64,000 nucleotides of DNA from Myxococcota bacterium (GCA_965250285.1 OZ252299.1:5440001-5504000), one strand, 5' to 3'; shown: positions 21,801 to 31,052, counted from the stretch's first letter. Made by a program: numbers and translations. The notes: generated by a model not told the origin, from the letters alone.

Positions 21801-22044
21801 GCCGATCCTGATGACGGCCTTCTCGTTCGTGCTCGGCGTGCTGCCGCTCGTCGTCGCAAGCGGCGCCGGCGGCGCGTCGCGGCGCTCGCTCGGCACGGTG
21901 GTGCTCGGCGGCCAGCTCGCGGCGACGATCATCGCCGTGGTGCTCGTGCCTGTCTTCTTCGTGGTGTTCCAGCGGCTCAGCGACCGGTTCGCGAGCGACG
22001 ACCCCGCGCCGCCGACGTCGACCGACCCCGGTCCGACCGCCTAG
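18892..22044 (+). CDS. RND efflux permease (AcrB/HAE1 family)
   Basis: FFIERPIFA, IGIVVDDAIVVVEN, SKNAILIVEFA, RFRPILMT; 1050 aa. Confidence 0.95.
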   Translation: MFSRFFIERPIFATVLAIVIVLAGLIALPTLPIAQYPEITPPTVAVSTVYPGANAQVVAETVAAPIEQEVNGVENMIYMSSTSANDGSYNLTVTFEVGTDLDMAQVLVQNRVAIAQPKLPEEVKRQGVSTNKKSTSIVLLISLTAPPDSAYDSLYLSNFATLRLVDTLKRIKGVGDVSIFGGADYSMRIWIDPNRLRARDLTTDDVVNAIREQNVQVAAGQLGQPPAPTGTPFQYTINSLGRLESVEQFEDIIIKTGDEGQILRLKDVARVELGGETYTQYATLNGQPTAAVAIYQLPGANALDLAKRIRETMGELETSFPAGIEWRIPFDTTRAVEASIAEVYETLFIAILLVFITIYVFLQDWRATLIPAITIPVSLVGTFALMAALGFSINMLTLFGLVLAIGIVVDDAIVVVENVTRLMDEQGLSSKQAAIQAMEEVGGPVVATTLVLLAVFVPAAFSGGITGALNQQFALTIAAATVISSINALTLSPAMSAILLRPMKLTDKGAFGVFNRQFDRATTSYVTVVGLAVRRTGIAMVLFALITLASAWGFTRLPTGFLPTEDQGYFFAQAQLPDAASLERTGEVAKMMDEIYQSTPGVRDAVTIVGYSIIDGANLSNVAMSFIVMDPWDERTEPQLSQEAIVGRVQMGLLGIQEAIGFTFVPPAINGLGVSGGFQMQLQDRMGVGFDTLQAMADELVVDGDAQAGLQRLNTTFRSRVPQMFADVDRTKVKALGVPLSDVFGTLQAALGSAYVNDFNRFGRTYKVTLQSDAPHRQTAADVARLQVRKPDGTMVPIGTVIEMDETFGPQIITRYNLYPSATINGAAAPGFSSGQALNLMEDMADRKLPNTMGYEWTGMSYQEKQIGGEAVALFALAALLVFLVLAAQYESWTAPAAVVFAVPLGLLGAVVAVALRGLENDVYMQIGLVLLVALASKNAILIVEFARELRAGGKPVLEAAVEACRLRFRPILMTAFSFVLGVLPLVVASGAGGASRRSLGTVVLGGQLAATIIAVVLVPVFFVVFQRLSDRFASDDPAPPTSTDPGPTA

Positions 22045-22469
22045 TCGGCCTTCGGCGCCACCCGCCGAATGACGCGCAGCCGCGCCTCGGCGCTCGCGAT
22101 GTGCGTGCCGCCCGCGTCGAAGAGCTCGCCCGTCGACCGCACGTCGCGTCCTTCGAACGACACGATCTGGCCCCGACCGATCAGCTTGCCCGCCTTCGCG
22201 GGCGCGTGATAGTGGACCGAGAGCTCGGCGTGCACCGCCGCCTGGTCGGCGGCGATGGCCTCGTTCGCCACGATGCCCGTCACCGAGTCGAGCATGCTCG
22301 AGATCATGCCACCGGCGAGGGTGCCGATGCGGTTCAAGAACTCGGGCTTGGCCGTGTACTCGATCTCGACCGTGCGGCGCTCGCGGTTCGAGTCGAGGAT
22401 GCGCGTGCCCATCAGCTGGCCGTAGGGCGAGTGGGGCGACTTCGAGTAGGCAGTCGGTTCTGATGACAT
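22041..22469 (-). CDS. PaaI family thioesterase
   Basis: FLNRIGTLAGGMISSMLD hotdog motif. Confidence 0.8.
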   Translation of the reverse strand: MSSEPTAYSKSPHSPYGQLMGTRILDSNRERRTVEIEYTAKPEFLNRIGTLAGGMISSMLDSVTGIVANEAIAADQAAVHAELSVHYHAPAKAGKLIGRGQIVSFEGRDVRSTGELFDAGGTHIASAEARLRVIRRVAPKAD

Positions 22470-22776
22470 GGCGACCGTCGATGATGCGCGCGATGCCGCG
22501 CCCGCACAACGTCGCCCTCCCCGGGGCTCGCAGGTCACCCGCCCCGAGCGGGCAGGGCGCACGCCCCGCGGTCGCCCGCCGCCATGACCGCACACCGTCG
22601 CGCGGCGCGAGACGCCGACCGCCCACGCGAGGCCGGCACGCGTCATCGACGGACGGTGCCCACGGTCGCCTGGCCAACCTAGCCTCGCGACGGCGCGGCT
22701 TCTCGGAGCCCACCGATCCCGCCCCGCCATCGTCGCCTCACCGCCTTCATCCCCCGGCTCGAGGAGCCCTGCCATC

Positions 22777-23781
22777 GTGGCTGACCCCGAAGAGGGCCGC
22801 CGAACCCCCCGCGCCGCCCCGCCCGGCGCCCGCCTGCTCGATCGCCTGCGCGCTGCCTGTCGGCTTCGACACATGAGCCTGCGCACCGAGCAGGCGTACG
22901 TCGGCTGGGTGAAGCGCTATCTGCACTTTCACGATCTGACGCACCCCGACGAGATGGGTGCGGCCGAGGTCGTCGCTTTTCTGAGCGACCTGGCCGTGCG
23001 CCGCGAGGTCGCCGCCTCGACTCAGAACCAGGCCCGCGCCGCGCTCGTGTTTCTGTATGAGGAGGTGCTGGGCCGCGACCTCGAAGGCCTCGACGCCGCC
23101 GTGCGCGCTCGCACTCCCGTGCGCCTGCCCGTGGTGCTCGACCGCGACGAAGTGCGCGCCCTGCTCGCCGCCCTCGAAGGCGAGCACGCGCTCATCGCCC
23201 GGCTCTTGTATGGGTCGGGCCTGCGCATCTTCGAGTGCCTGCGCCTGCGCGTGAAGGACATCGACGCCGCCCGAAGGCAGATCGTCGTGCGCTCAGGCAA
23301 GGGCGACCGCGATCGCGCGACGCTCTTCGCCCGCTCGCTCGAAGAGCCCATCGCCGCCCAGCTCGTACAAGCCCGCGCCCTCTACGAGGACGACCGAAGA
23401 CGCGGCCTCCCCGGCGTCTCACTGCCCACGGCCCTCGCCCGCAAGTACCCGAACGAGAACCTCTCGTGGGGCTGGCAATGGCTCTTCCCCTCCCGCCGCG
23501 TCTCGACCGACCCCCGCACCCGCCGCCCCCACCGTCACCACCGCCACGTGAGCGGCCCCCAACGCGCCATCCGCCTCGCCGCCCGCAAAGCCGGCATCGA
23601 GAAACGCGTCACCGCCCACACCCTGCGCCACTCGTTCGCCACCCACCTGCTCGAATCAGGCTCGGACATCCGCACTGTGCAGGCCCTGCTCGGCCACCGC
23701 GACCTCAAGACCACGATGATCTACACCCACGTCCTCGACCGAGGCCCGATGGGCGTCCGCAGCCCCGCCGACGACCTGTGA
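22777..23781 (+). CDS. intI: integron integrase
   Basis: [30 protein letters not shown], IntI-specific insert [44 protein letters not shown]. Confidence 0.97.
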   Translation: MADPEEGRRTPRAAPPGARLLDRLRAACRLRHMSLRTEQAYVGWVKRYLHFHDLTHPDEMGAAEVVAFLSDLAVRREVAASTQNQARAALVFLYEEVLGRDLEGLDAAVRARTPVRLPVVLDRDEVRALLAALEGEHALIARLLYGSGLRIFECLRLRVKDIDAARRQIVVRSGKGDRDRATLFARSLEEPIAAQLVQARALYEDDRRRGLPGVSLPTALARKYPNENLSWGWQWLFPSRRVSTDPRTRRPHRHHRHVSGPQRAIRLAARKAGIEKRVTAHTLRHSFATHLLESGSDIRTVQALLGHRDLKTTMIYTHVLDRGPMGVRSPADDL

Positions 23782-23954
23782 CCCACCCCCAGCGATCGCC
23801 CCGCCACCTACTCGCAGCCCCCCAGCCACATCATTCCCTTACGCAGCACCATGCGTCGTTTACGACCTATCGCGACATCGGCGCAATGAAGCCAAGTCGG
23901 CGGATTCGTGGGGGATTGAGCGAGGAGCCCCGCTCAGTCGCTAGATTATGAAGC

Positions 23955-23996
23955 GAAGCCCAGCGGCGGGCGCTGGGTGGTCAATATTAGTTAGGC
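23955..23996 (+). other. attI site (crossover G/TTAGGC at 23990)
   Basis: GTTAGGCCGCGTA (23990-24002) is the exact reverse complement of the first cassette's end (24418-24430); no attC upstream; AT-rich tcaatatta and a cccagcg/cgctggg hairpin precede it. Confidence 0.75.
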
Positions 23997-24034
23997 CGCG
24001 TAACCCGGCGCTTGAGCGTGGTTGTCCAACGGGC

Positions 24035-24460
24035 ATGCTTCGGGCCTTCGGTCGATCTCTTCTTTGGCTGTTTGCCGCTATCGGTGTCGGCGCGGTTTCC
24101 CTGTCGGCGTACTCCGTCTCTGGCAGAGTTGTCTGCAGGCTCGAAGACCGCGTCTCTGCCCAACTCTTGCAACTGATGTCCGCCCTCGAGTTCTATCGGC
24201 TCGATAATGGTCGGTTTCCAACAACGGAGCAGGGCCTCGAAGCTTTGCTGTCGAGACCGGCGGCTGGTCCCCAGCCCGAATCGTACCCCGAAGGTGGGTA
24301 TCTCGGTGAACGTGCCTTGATATGTGACCCATGGGGCGAGCCAGTTCGTTACTCACACGAGAGCGACTCACTTGTGCTTGTTTCGATCGGTGGTCCGGAA
24401 TGCATATGCGAACACGCTACGCGGCCTAACAAGCCGTTGCAGCGGACTTGCTCCCGCTGA
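24035..24460 (+). CDS. cassette 1: GspG-like (T2SS pseudopilin C-terminal domain) protein
   Basis: ALEFYRLDNGRFPTTEQGLEAL...YPEGGYL...DPWG; reads into attC. Confidence 0.75.
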   Translation: MLRAFGRSLLWLFAAIGVGAVSLSAYSVSGRVVCRLEDRVSAQLLQLMSALEFYRLDNGRFPTTEQGLEALLSRPAAGPQPESYPEGGYLGERALICDPWGEPVRYSHESDSLVLVSIGGPECICEHATRPNKPLQRTCSR

Positions 24461-24475
24461 GGCGATATCGGGTCG

Positions 24476-24484
24476 TGGTAGAAT
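24476..24484 (+). promoter_or_regulatory. extended -10 motif TGnTAnnnT inside attC (first example; present in all 49 intact attC)
   Basis: TG, TA and the final T are invariant while the n positions vary across attC copies. Confidence 0.7.
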
Positions 24485-24602
24485 GTCGGCTACCCGAGGC
24501 GTTCAGCCGCTGCGAGCAAGGTCGCCGCAAGCCGCTGAACGCCGACCGTTAGGCAGCGTTCCAGTCAGAGTCATGGTCTTCGGTGCAGCCTGAGATGACG
24601 CA

Positions 24603-24818
24603 GTGACGAAGCGGAATCTGATCGCGATCGCTTCCGTCCTGTTCCCCGCTATGGCAGTTGCTGGCTGCGTCGATCTCGTACTTCCCATCGAGATCGTCGA
24701 TTTCGGTGCAGGAATCGCAGGTGACCGTCCTCTTGCGAAGTGGGTCCCTTACTTCGCCATCGCACTTGGCGGTACGTTCGGAAGCTGGGCGCTATGGAGC
24801 CGCCTGCCTCCCGACTAG
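24603..24818 (+). CDS. cassette 2: small membrane protein
   Basis: Only ORF between attC sites; hydrophobic. Confidence 0.5.
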   Translation: MTKRNLIAIASVLFPAMAVAGCVDLVLPIEIVDFGAGIAGDRPLAKWVPYFAIALGGTFGSWALWSRLPPD

Positions 24819-24990
24819 CTGACAGCTATTCGTGTCGCGAGGCTCCACGCTGCCTAACAAGCCGTTGCAGCGGACTTGCTACCGCTGAGGCGATATCGGG
24901 TCGTGGTAGAATGGCCGGCGTCCGAGGCGTTCAGTCGCTGCGAGCAAGGCCGCCGCAAGCCGCTGAACGCCGACCGTTAGGCGGCGTGCC

Positions 24991-25275
24991 GTGATCACGA
25001 GGTACTCGGTCGCAGCTCTGGCAGCCGTCGCTGTCACGGGCTCCGCGTTCTGGTTCGGCTCGTCGTTGCTCGACCGCGAAGCAGCGGCGCATTGCCCCAA
25101 GAACGACCTATACGAACTCTCGAAGCGCAGCCGATCGGAATGCCGAGTCGCCCATTCGCGCGACTGTAGTTCCTCCTGCGAGCTGGTCATGACCGATGTC
25201 TATGCGGCCGACTGCAGCAGCTCCATGTTCGTTGAGGTGTGCGTTCCGTCGAGCGAGCTTTCTGCGTTCCGATGA
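24991..25275 (+). CDS. cassette 3: small Cys-rich exported protein
   Basis: Fills the cassette; duplicated at 27909. Confidence 0.6.
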   Translation: MITRYSVAALAAVAVTGSAFWFGSSLLDREAAAHCPKNDLYELSKRSRSECRVAHSRDCSSSCELVMTDVYAADCSSSMFVEVCVPSSELSAFR

Positions 25276-25459
25276 GTTGCTCAAGCGAAATGGCGTGCCA
25301 GACGCCGCCTAACAAGCCGTTGCAGCGGACTTGCTGACGCTGAGGCGTTGTCGGGTCGTGATAGAATCACGGACATCCGAGGCATTCAGTCGCTGCGAGC
25401 AAGGCCGCCGCAAGCCGCTGAACGCCGACCGTTAGACCGCCAGAGCACAGGAGGCGCGC

Positions 25460-26077
25460 GTGGCAAAGCTCAAGGACAAGGTGCTTGAGATCGCCGGAAT
25501 TGCGAAAGAGTGCCCGGAGAATCTCCAGGCGATTTGCTTCGAGTTGCTGCTTCGGCACCACCTCGACTCGCTCGCGCCGCGATCGCCGAAGCCAACGCCA
25601 CAGGCGACACCTGAGCCCGAGACTCCTAAGGAAGAGAAGAAGCAGACGGTCGAAGAGGCGGCTTCTTCTCAAGACGATCTCTCGGAGACAGATCTCCACG
25701 TCAAGGTCCGTCGGTTCATGGAGAAGTACGCACTATCGATAGAAGACTTGAGCAACCTCTTCTACAAGGAAGATGGAGAAGTGCTCCCGTTGTACGAGGA
25801 TTTGAAGACAACGAGGCTCGCTGAGGGGCAGGTTCGAATCGCACTTCTGCAGGCGCTGCATTCGGCGATCTCGCACGGCGAATTCTCTTGCCAGGTCGAA
25901 GCTGTCCGAGCGGAGTGCAAAGACCGAAAGTGCTACGACCAGAACAACTTCGGCAGCAACTTCACCAAGAACGCAGTTCTTTTCGACTTCGACAAGTACG
26001 GCAAGTCGGTGAAGACGATCAAGCTGTCTGAGGATGGTCGAAAAGAACTTGCGGCAGTCGCCAAAGAGCTTCAGTGA
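25460..26077 (+). CDS. cassette 4 gene A: hypothetical, possible C-terminal winged helix
   Basis: AGGAGG SD; lower GC; ends KTIKLSEDGRKEL. Confidence 0.8.
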   Translation: MAKLKDKVLEIAGIAKECPENLQAICFELLLRHHLDSLAPRSPKPTPQATPEPETPKEEKKQTVEEAASSQDDLSETDLHVKVRRFMEKYALSIEDLSNLFYKEDGEVLPLYEDLKTTRLAEGQVRIALLQALHSAISHGEFSCQVEAVRAECKDRKCYDQNNFGSNFTKNAVLFDFDKYGKSVKTIKLSEDGRKELAAVAKELQ

Positions 26078-26083
26078 GCACGC

Positions 26084-26905
26084 GTGGACGCGACTCTCAA
26101 GACATTCCACGATGATCTGAAGGCGCTCAAGCGGGATCTCAAAGCTGAAGAGAATCCACGGGTTGCCAAGAAGGGCCTACGCGAACGCGCTGAGGAACTC
26201 GGGTCACGGTGGTTCAGCGAGCTGGCGCCTGGCCTTTCAAAACTGGGGTTCTCGGCTGAACTCGTCGAGAAGTACTCCGCTGCCTGCGCGCGACTAATCA
26301 AACTCAGCGCCCCAAACAACCTGAAGAAGAGCTACCTCGAGTCCATCGATGTACTCGTCAAGCCTATGCGCGACGAGCTGATTCTTCCGATCAAGTCCGG
26401 CGTCGTATCCAGCCAAGCGGTCTCTCCCTTCAATGAGTTCGTCGCCAACCTTGAAGCCGCTGAAGAGAGCGCCTATTTCCAAGAGTCGATCGATTGTGCC
26501 AAGAGCGGCTACCTACGCGCGGCGGCAGTCCTAGGCTGGTGCGCTGCGGTCGATCGAATTCATCGCAAGATTGAGGCAGATGGGTTCTCAGTCTTCAATG
26601 TGGCATCTGCCCAAATGGCAAGTCAAAAGAAGGGCCGCTACAAGCGATTCAACCAGACGCAGAACGTCACCTCAATCAGCGAGCTCCGTGAGGTCTTCGA
26701 TACCACGATCCTTTGGGTCATCGAAGGCATGGGGTTGATTGATTCGAACCAGCACACTCGACTCCGAAGCTGCTTCGAGATGCGCTGCCACTCTGCCCAC
26801 CCAGGCGACGCGCCGATCACTGAGTACAACCTGCTCTCGTTCTTCTCCGATCTGCAACAGATCGTCCTAGAGAATCCGTCCTTCGAAATCCCGACCGATA
26901 GCTAG
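26084..26905 (+). CDS. cassette 4 gene B: HEPN-like protein
   Basis: YFQESIDC..GYLRAAAVLGW helix and R-x4-H motif RCHSAH. Confidence 0.7.
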   Translation: MDATLKTFHDDLKALKRDLKAEENPRVAKKGLRERAEELGSRWFSELAPGLSKLGFSAELVEKYSAACARLIKLSAPNNLKKSYLESIDVLVKPMRDELILPIKSGVVSSQAVSPFNEFVANLEAAEESAYFQESIDCAKSGYLRAAAVLGWCAAVDRIHRKIEADGFSVFNVASAQMASQKKGRYKRFNQTQNVTSISELREVFDTTILWVIEGMGLIDSNQHTRLRSCFEMRCHSAHPGDAPITEYNLLSFFSDLQQIVLENPSFEIPTDS

Positions 26906-27038
26906 GCGTCTGGCGGTCTAACAAGCCGTTGCAGCGGACGTGGCAACGCTGTGCCGATATCGCTCGTGGTAGAATCACGGAGTCCCAGGCTTCGGCCGGC
27001 GCGGTGCAAGGTTGTGCCACGCCGCTGAACGCCGATCC

Positions 27039-27320
27039 GTTAGGCCGCGTGGCACAAGGCCCTCTAGTTGCTGGGTGCCGATTCCTGCCCACCGCCTTCT
27101 CGAACCCGGCAGCTCGTTGCGAGCTCGCTAGCTAGTTGACCTGCTCGCTTCGCCCTTAGGTCACTCCCGACAGATCGCATGCGACGCATCGCCAAAGTGG
27201 CCACAACCGGCTCTCTGGGGCGAGCTTCGCCTTCGGTCTGCTCGATCCAACTCGACTGCCGAATCCCATCTTGGCAGGGGGTAGGGCGGTAGAGGGTCTG
27301 CTCTTCGCACGCGGTCTAAC
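27039..27320 (+). ncRNA. ORF-less structured cassette, copy 1 of 9
   Basis: Conserved 281-283 bp body, no conserved ORF, nested helices. Confidence 0.55.
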
Positions 27321-27442
27321 AAGCCGTTGCAGCGGACTTGCTACCGCTGAGGCGCTTTCGGTTCTTGGTAGAATCTCGGGCGTCCGAGGCGTTCAGCCGC
27401 TGCGAGCAAGGCCGCCGCAAGCCGCTGAACGCCGACCGTTAG

Positions 27443-27806
27443 ATGGCGGAGACGCGAGATAGGACGTTACAAGTTCAAGCTTGGCCAGAAGCCACGACGA
27501 AAGCGCCGGTTAGATTCCGGGCGTACGCGCATTCGTCGAGGTGGCGATCCGACGGCAGCAGGAAGAGAGCGGGGCGATCCGATTTCTCCCGAAGAGCGTT
27601 GGGTTCCGAGCTTCGACGACGTAATTGCAGCATTGGTCGTCATTTCGCTGATCACATTCTTCATTGCCGCGTTCTGTTCTCTTGGCCACTGTTCATGTGC
27701 GGGGCTGAGTGCTTACTCGAACTCTCGAGTGAGTCTCGTCACTCCGTTGCCCCTGCAGATTCGCCCGCCATCTAACAAGGCGTTGCAGCGGACTTGCTTA
27801 GGCTGA
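27443..27806 (+). CDS. cassette 6 (three identical copies): hypothetical, reading frame ambiguous
   Basis: An ATG frame (27443-27775) and an ATA-initiated TM-containing frame (27459-27806) are both open. Confidence 0.4.
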
Positions 27807-27908
27807 GGCGATATCGGGTCGTGGTAGACTGCCGGGTGTCCGAGGCATTCAGCCGCTGCGAGCTAGGTCGCCGCAAGCCGCTGAACGCCGACCGTTAGGC
27901 GGCGTGCC

Positions 27909-28193
27909 GTGATCACGAGGTACTCGGTCGCAGCTCTGGCAGCCGTCGCTGTCACGGGCTCCGCGTTCTGGTTCGGCTCGTCGTTGCTCGACCGCGAAGC
28001 AGCGGCGCATTGCCCCAAGAACGACCTATACGAACTCTCGAAGCGCAGCCGATCGGAATGCCGAGTCGCCCATTCGCGCGACTGTAGTTCCTCCTGCGAG
28101 CTGGTCATGACCGACGTCTATGCGGCCGACTGCAGCAGCTCCATGTTCGTTGAGGTGTGCGTTCCGTCGAGCGAGCTTTCTGCGTTCCGATGA
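27909..28193 (+). CDS. cassette 7: duplicate of cassette 3
   Basis: Identical protein; one synonymous difference seen. Confidence 0.6.
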   Translation: MITRYSVAALAAVAVTGSAFWFGSSLLDREAAAHCPKNDLYELSKRSRSECRVAHSRDCSSSCELVMTDVYAADCSSSMFVEVCVPSSELSAFR

Positions 28194-28368
28194 GTTGCTC
28201 AAGCGAAATGGCGTGCCAGACGCCGCCTAACAAGCCGTTGCAGCGGACTTGCTGACGCTGAGGCGTTGTCGGGTCGTGATAGAATCACGGACATCCGAGG
28301 CATTCAGTCGCTGCGAGCAAGGCCGCCGCAAGCCGCTGAACGCCGACCGTTAGGCAGCGGAAGCGGCA

Positions 28369-28710
28369 ATGACGCGTCGAACTCCGCTCCTCATCTTCGG
28401 AACCTTGGCATTCGGCATGCTGGTAGCGTGCTCGCCCGACGTATGGAGCGCACAAGAGCTCTCCGACTGGCACGCGCGAAACGCGGAGGGTTCGCCGCAC
28501 TACAGTCCGCTCTACTACACCGGTACCGACGACGACTACCACCACTTTAAGTGTCGCGCGATGGACACGTGGGTTGTAGTTCGCGTACCGCGGGACCAGA
28601 TCACGATTCCCGAGGTCCCGGCGTCACAAGATCCCGGTGCCGTGCCACGGCTGTACGCTGTCGACCCAGCGAATGACTATCGAATCCTCGAAGCTTCGGC
28701 AGGCCAGTAG
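28369..28710 (+). CDS. cassette 8: putative lipoprotein
   Basis: Lipobox LVAC. Confidence 0.7.
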   Translation: MTRRTPLLIFGTLAFGMLVACSPDVWSAQELSDWHARNAEGSPHYSPLYYTGTDDDYHHFKCRAMDTWVVVRVPRDQITIPEVPASQDPGAVPRLYAVDPANDYRILEASAGQ

Positions 28711-28862
28711 AGCGCACGCCGCTGCCTAACAAGCCGTTGCAGCGGACTTGCTGACGCTGAGGCGATATCGGGCCGTGGTAGAGTCACGGGCGTCCAAGGC
28801 ACTCAGTTGCTGCGAGCAAGGCCGCCGCAAGCCGCTGAACGCCGACCGTTAGGTGGCGAGAC

Positions 28863-29219
28863 TTGGAAGTTGACGACGTAACGACGCTCAATCGGCCCAC
28901 TGGCCCGGAAGAGCTCGCCCTCGTCGAGCAGTCCGGCTTTCGTCGTTGGCCGCCTCGACTGCCTGAGCAGCCGATCTTCTATCCAGTCACGAATGAAGCC
29001 TACGCCGTCGAAATCGCCAAGAACTGGAACGCCCGCGACGGCAAAGCCGGGTACGTAACCCGATTCAGCGTTCGGTCTAGTTTCATGAGCCAGTACGAGA
29101 TCCAAACTGTGGGCGCCAAGCATCACACAGAGTGGTGGGTGCCTGCCGACGAACTCGACGAGCTGAATGACAACATCGTCGGCACGATCGAAGTCATCCA
29201 GGCGTTCGATCCGAGCTGA
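28863..29219 (+). CDS. cassette 9: small protein of the family often labelled ADP-ribosylation/crystallin J1
   Basis: RPTGPEEL...WPPRLPEQPIFYPVTNEAYA...GYVTRF...EWWVPADEL. Confidence 0.8.
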   Translation: MEVDDVTTLNRPTGPEELALVEQSGFRRWPPRLPEQPIFYPVTNEAYAVEIAKNWNARDGKAGYVTRFSVRSSFMSQYEIQTVGAKHHTEWWVPADELDELNDNIVGTIEVIQAFDPS

Positions 29220-29353
29220 CGCGCTCGCCACCTAACAAGCCGTTGCAGCGGACTTGCTCCCGCTGAGGCGATATCGGGCCGTGGTAAACTGGCCGGCGTC
29301 CGAGGCATTCAGCCGCTGCGAGCCAGGTCGCCGCAAGCCGCTGAACGCCGACC

Positions 29354-29634
29354 GTTAGGCCGCGTGGCACAAGGCTCTCTAGTTGTTGGGTGCCGATTCC
29401 TGCCCACCGCCTTCCCGAATCGGGCAGCTCGTTGCGAGCTCTGGCGTTGGCTGATCTGCTTGCTTCGCCCTTAGGTCACTCCCAATAGATCGCATGTGAC
29501 GCATCGCCAAAGTGACCACAGCCGGCTCTCTCATGCGCGCTTCGCCTTCGGCCTGCTCATCCCACCCGAGAGCAGAATCGAGGCTTGGCAGGGGGTAGGA
29601 CGGCAGAGGGTCCGTCCTTCGCACGCGGTCTAAC
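29354..29634 (+). ncRNA. ORF-less structured cassette, copy 2
   Basis: Homologous to 27039-27320. Confidence 0.55.
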
Positions 29635-29796
29635 AAGCCGTTGCAGCGGACATCGTCCAGCTGAGGCGATATCGGCTCTGTTAGCTTCTTGGCAACGAAC
29701 CAAGTGCGTTCTGCGGAGCCGGTCAGCAGCTGGCCGATGCCGCTGAACGCCGACCGTTAGGCGGCGTTTCGTGCCAAGCACGGAGTTTCAGCGACC

Positions 29797-30084
29797 GTGA
29801 CCAGCTACTTGCGGCGTGGCCCAGGTGCCAAGAAAGCTGAGGCTCTCGGCCGTGCCGAGACCGCACTCCGTGATGCTATCTCTCGGGGCGATGCTTCTAA
29901 GGCTATCGCCAAGCTCGCTGATCGCGTCCGAGACGCGAAGCTTGGCTACCTCAAAGCGAGACTCTTCGAGGCCCGCGGCGACTTCAGTCGAGACGCCCCT
30001 TCCCAGCAGGTCTCCAATCTCGAGTCCGAGCAGGCCGCTTGGTCGACGCTCTCCGTCGACGACGTCATCGACCGCTATCGCTAA
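29797..30084 (+). CDS. cassette 11: hypothetical helical protein
   Basis: GGAG SD; fills the cassette. Confidence 0.65.
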   Translation: MTSYLRRGPGAKKAEALGRAETALRDAISRGDASKAIAKLADRVRDAKLGYLKARLFEARGDFSRDAPSQQVSNLESEQAAWSTLSVDDVIDRYR

Positions 30085-30242
30085 GGCTCGGGACTCCAAC
30101 GCCGCCTAACAAGCCGTTGCAGCGGACTTGCTACCGCTTGAGCCGATTTGGGTCGTGGTACCATGCCGGCAATCGATGGCGTCTCAGCAGGTTGTGCCAA
30201 ATCGGCGCAAGCCGCTGAACGCCGACCGTTAGGCGGCGTTAC

Positions 30243-30653
30243 ATGGACGATGTCGCGTACGTCCGACGGGTCATGTGGCTGCCTTCGTTCGTCCCGTTTG
30301 TGCTTGCCGCAATGGATGATCTTTCGAACTACTCCGTTGGTTCATACATCCAAAGTAGTCTCATGCTGGGAGCTGCGACCTATCCTGCCTTCGTTCTGAT
30401 CTCGCGGTACGCGTTTCGCGCCGACGGGCGGCGTGCCCATTGGGCGCTGTTGTTCGCTTCTCCCATCGCCTTTCCAGTCTTCTACGCGTCTGTGAATGGA
30501 ACGATCTGGTACTCTGAAGATGGCTGGGGCATAGGCCTGTATGTGTTTATGCTCTTCTATTCTCTCGTGCTCTGTATTCCACTCGGCTATGCATTCGCGC
30601 TCGTAGCATGGGCTGCCAGAAGACTCTGGCTCCGTCGCGACAACGCCGCCTAA
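30243..30653 (+). CDS. cassette 12: membrane protein, paralog of 46649
   Basis: MDDVAYVRRVMWLP; stop is the TAA of attC. Confidence 0.75.
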   Translation: MDDVAYVRRVMWLPSFVPFVLAAMDDLSNYSVGSYIQSSLMLGAATYPAFVLISRYAFRADGRRAHWALLFASPIAFPVFYASVNGTIWYSEDGWGIGLYVFMLFYSLVLCIPLGYAFALVAWAARRLWLRRDNAA

Positions 30654-30770
30654 CAAGCCGTTGCAGCGGACTTGCTAACGCTTGAGGCCAACCGGCTCGT
30701 GGTAGAATCTCGAAGTCCGAGGCGTTGTCAGTCGCTGTGCCAGATCGGCGCAAGCCGCTGAACGCCGACC

Positions 30771-31052
30771 GTTAGGCCGCGTGGCACAAGGCCCTCTAGT
30801 TGTTGGGTGCCGATTCCTGCCCACCGCCTTCTCGAATCGGGCAGCTCGTTGCGTGCTCGCCAGCTATCTGACCTGCTCGCTTCGCCCTTAGGTCACTCCC
30901 GACAGATCGCATTCGACGCATCGCCAAAGCGGCCACAACCGGCTCTCTGGGTCGAGCTTCGCCTTCGGTCTGCTGGATCCCACTCGACTGCCGAACTCCA
31001 GCTTGGCAGGGGGTAGGGCGGTAGAGGGTCTGCTCTTCGCACGCGGTCTAAC
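30771..31052 (+). ncRNA. ORF-less structured cassette, copy 3
   Basis: Homologous to 27039-27320. Confidence 0.55.

Noticed and set aside
700..22713. Long antisense or alternative-frame ORFs (e.g. 19678-22713, 8040-10265, 12987-15116, 14773-16938)
   Set aside because: Shadow ORFs of real high-GC genes, with no recognisable motifs.
22470..22776. LexA box upstream of intI
   Set aside because: I could not find a recognisable SOS box; the host's LexA motif is unknown.
23916..23947. Pc candidate TTGAGC...TAGATT before attI
   Set aside because: The 20-nt spacing is too long and there is no TG extension.
24447..24461. A canonical -35 for the attC promoter motif
   Set aside because: TTGCTn is about 25 nt from the -10, and the hexamer at 17 nt (GCTGAG) matches TTGACA poorly, so only the extended -10 is claimed.
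27066..27100. tRNA-like look of gggtgccgattcctgcccaccgcc, and of TGGTAGAA in attC
   Set aside because: No cloverleaf, no GTTCRA and no CCA; variants such as TACCAT, TACTAT and TAAACT fit a -10 element, not a D-loop.
27039..27320. MITE or retron msr-msd identity for the repeated cassette
   Set aside because: Its terminal repeat is the same kind all cassettes have, there is no target duplication, and no transposase or reverse transcriptase lies in the window; not excluded genome-wide.
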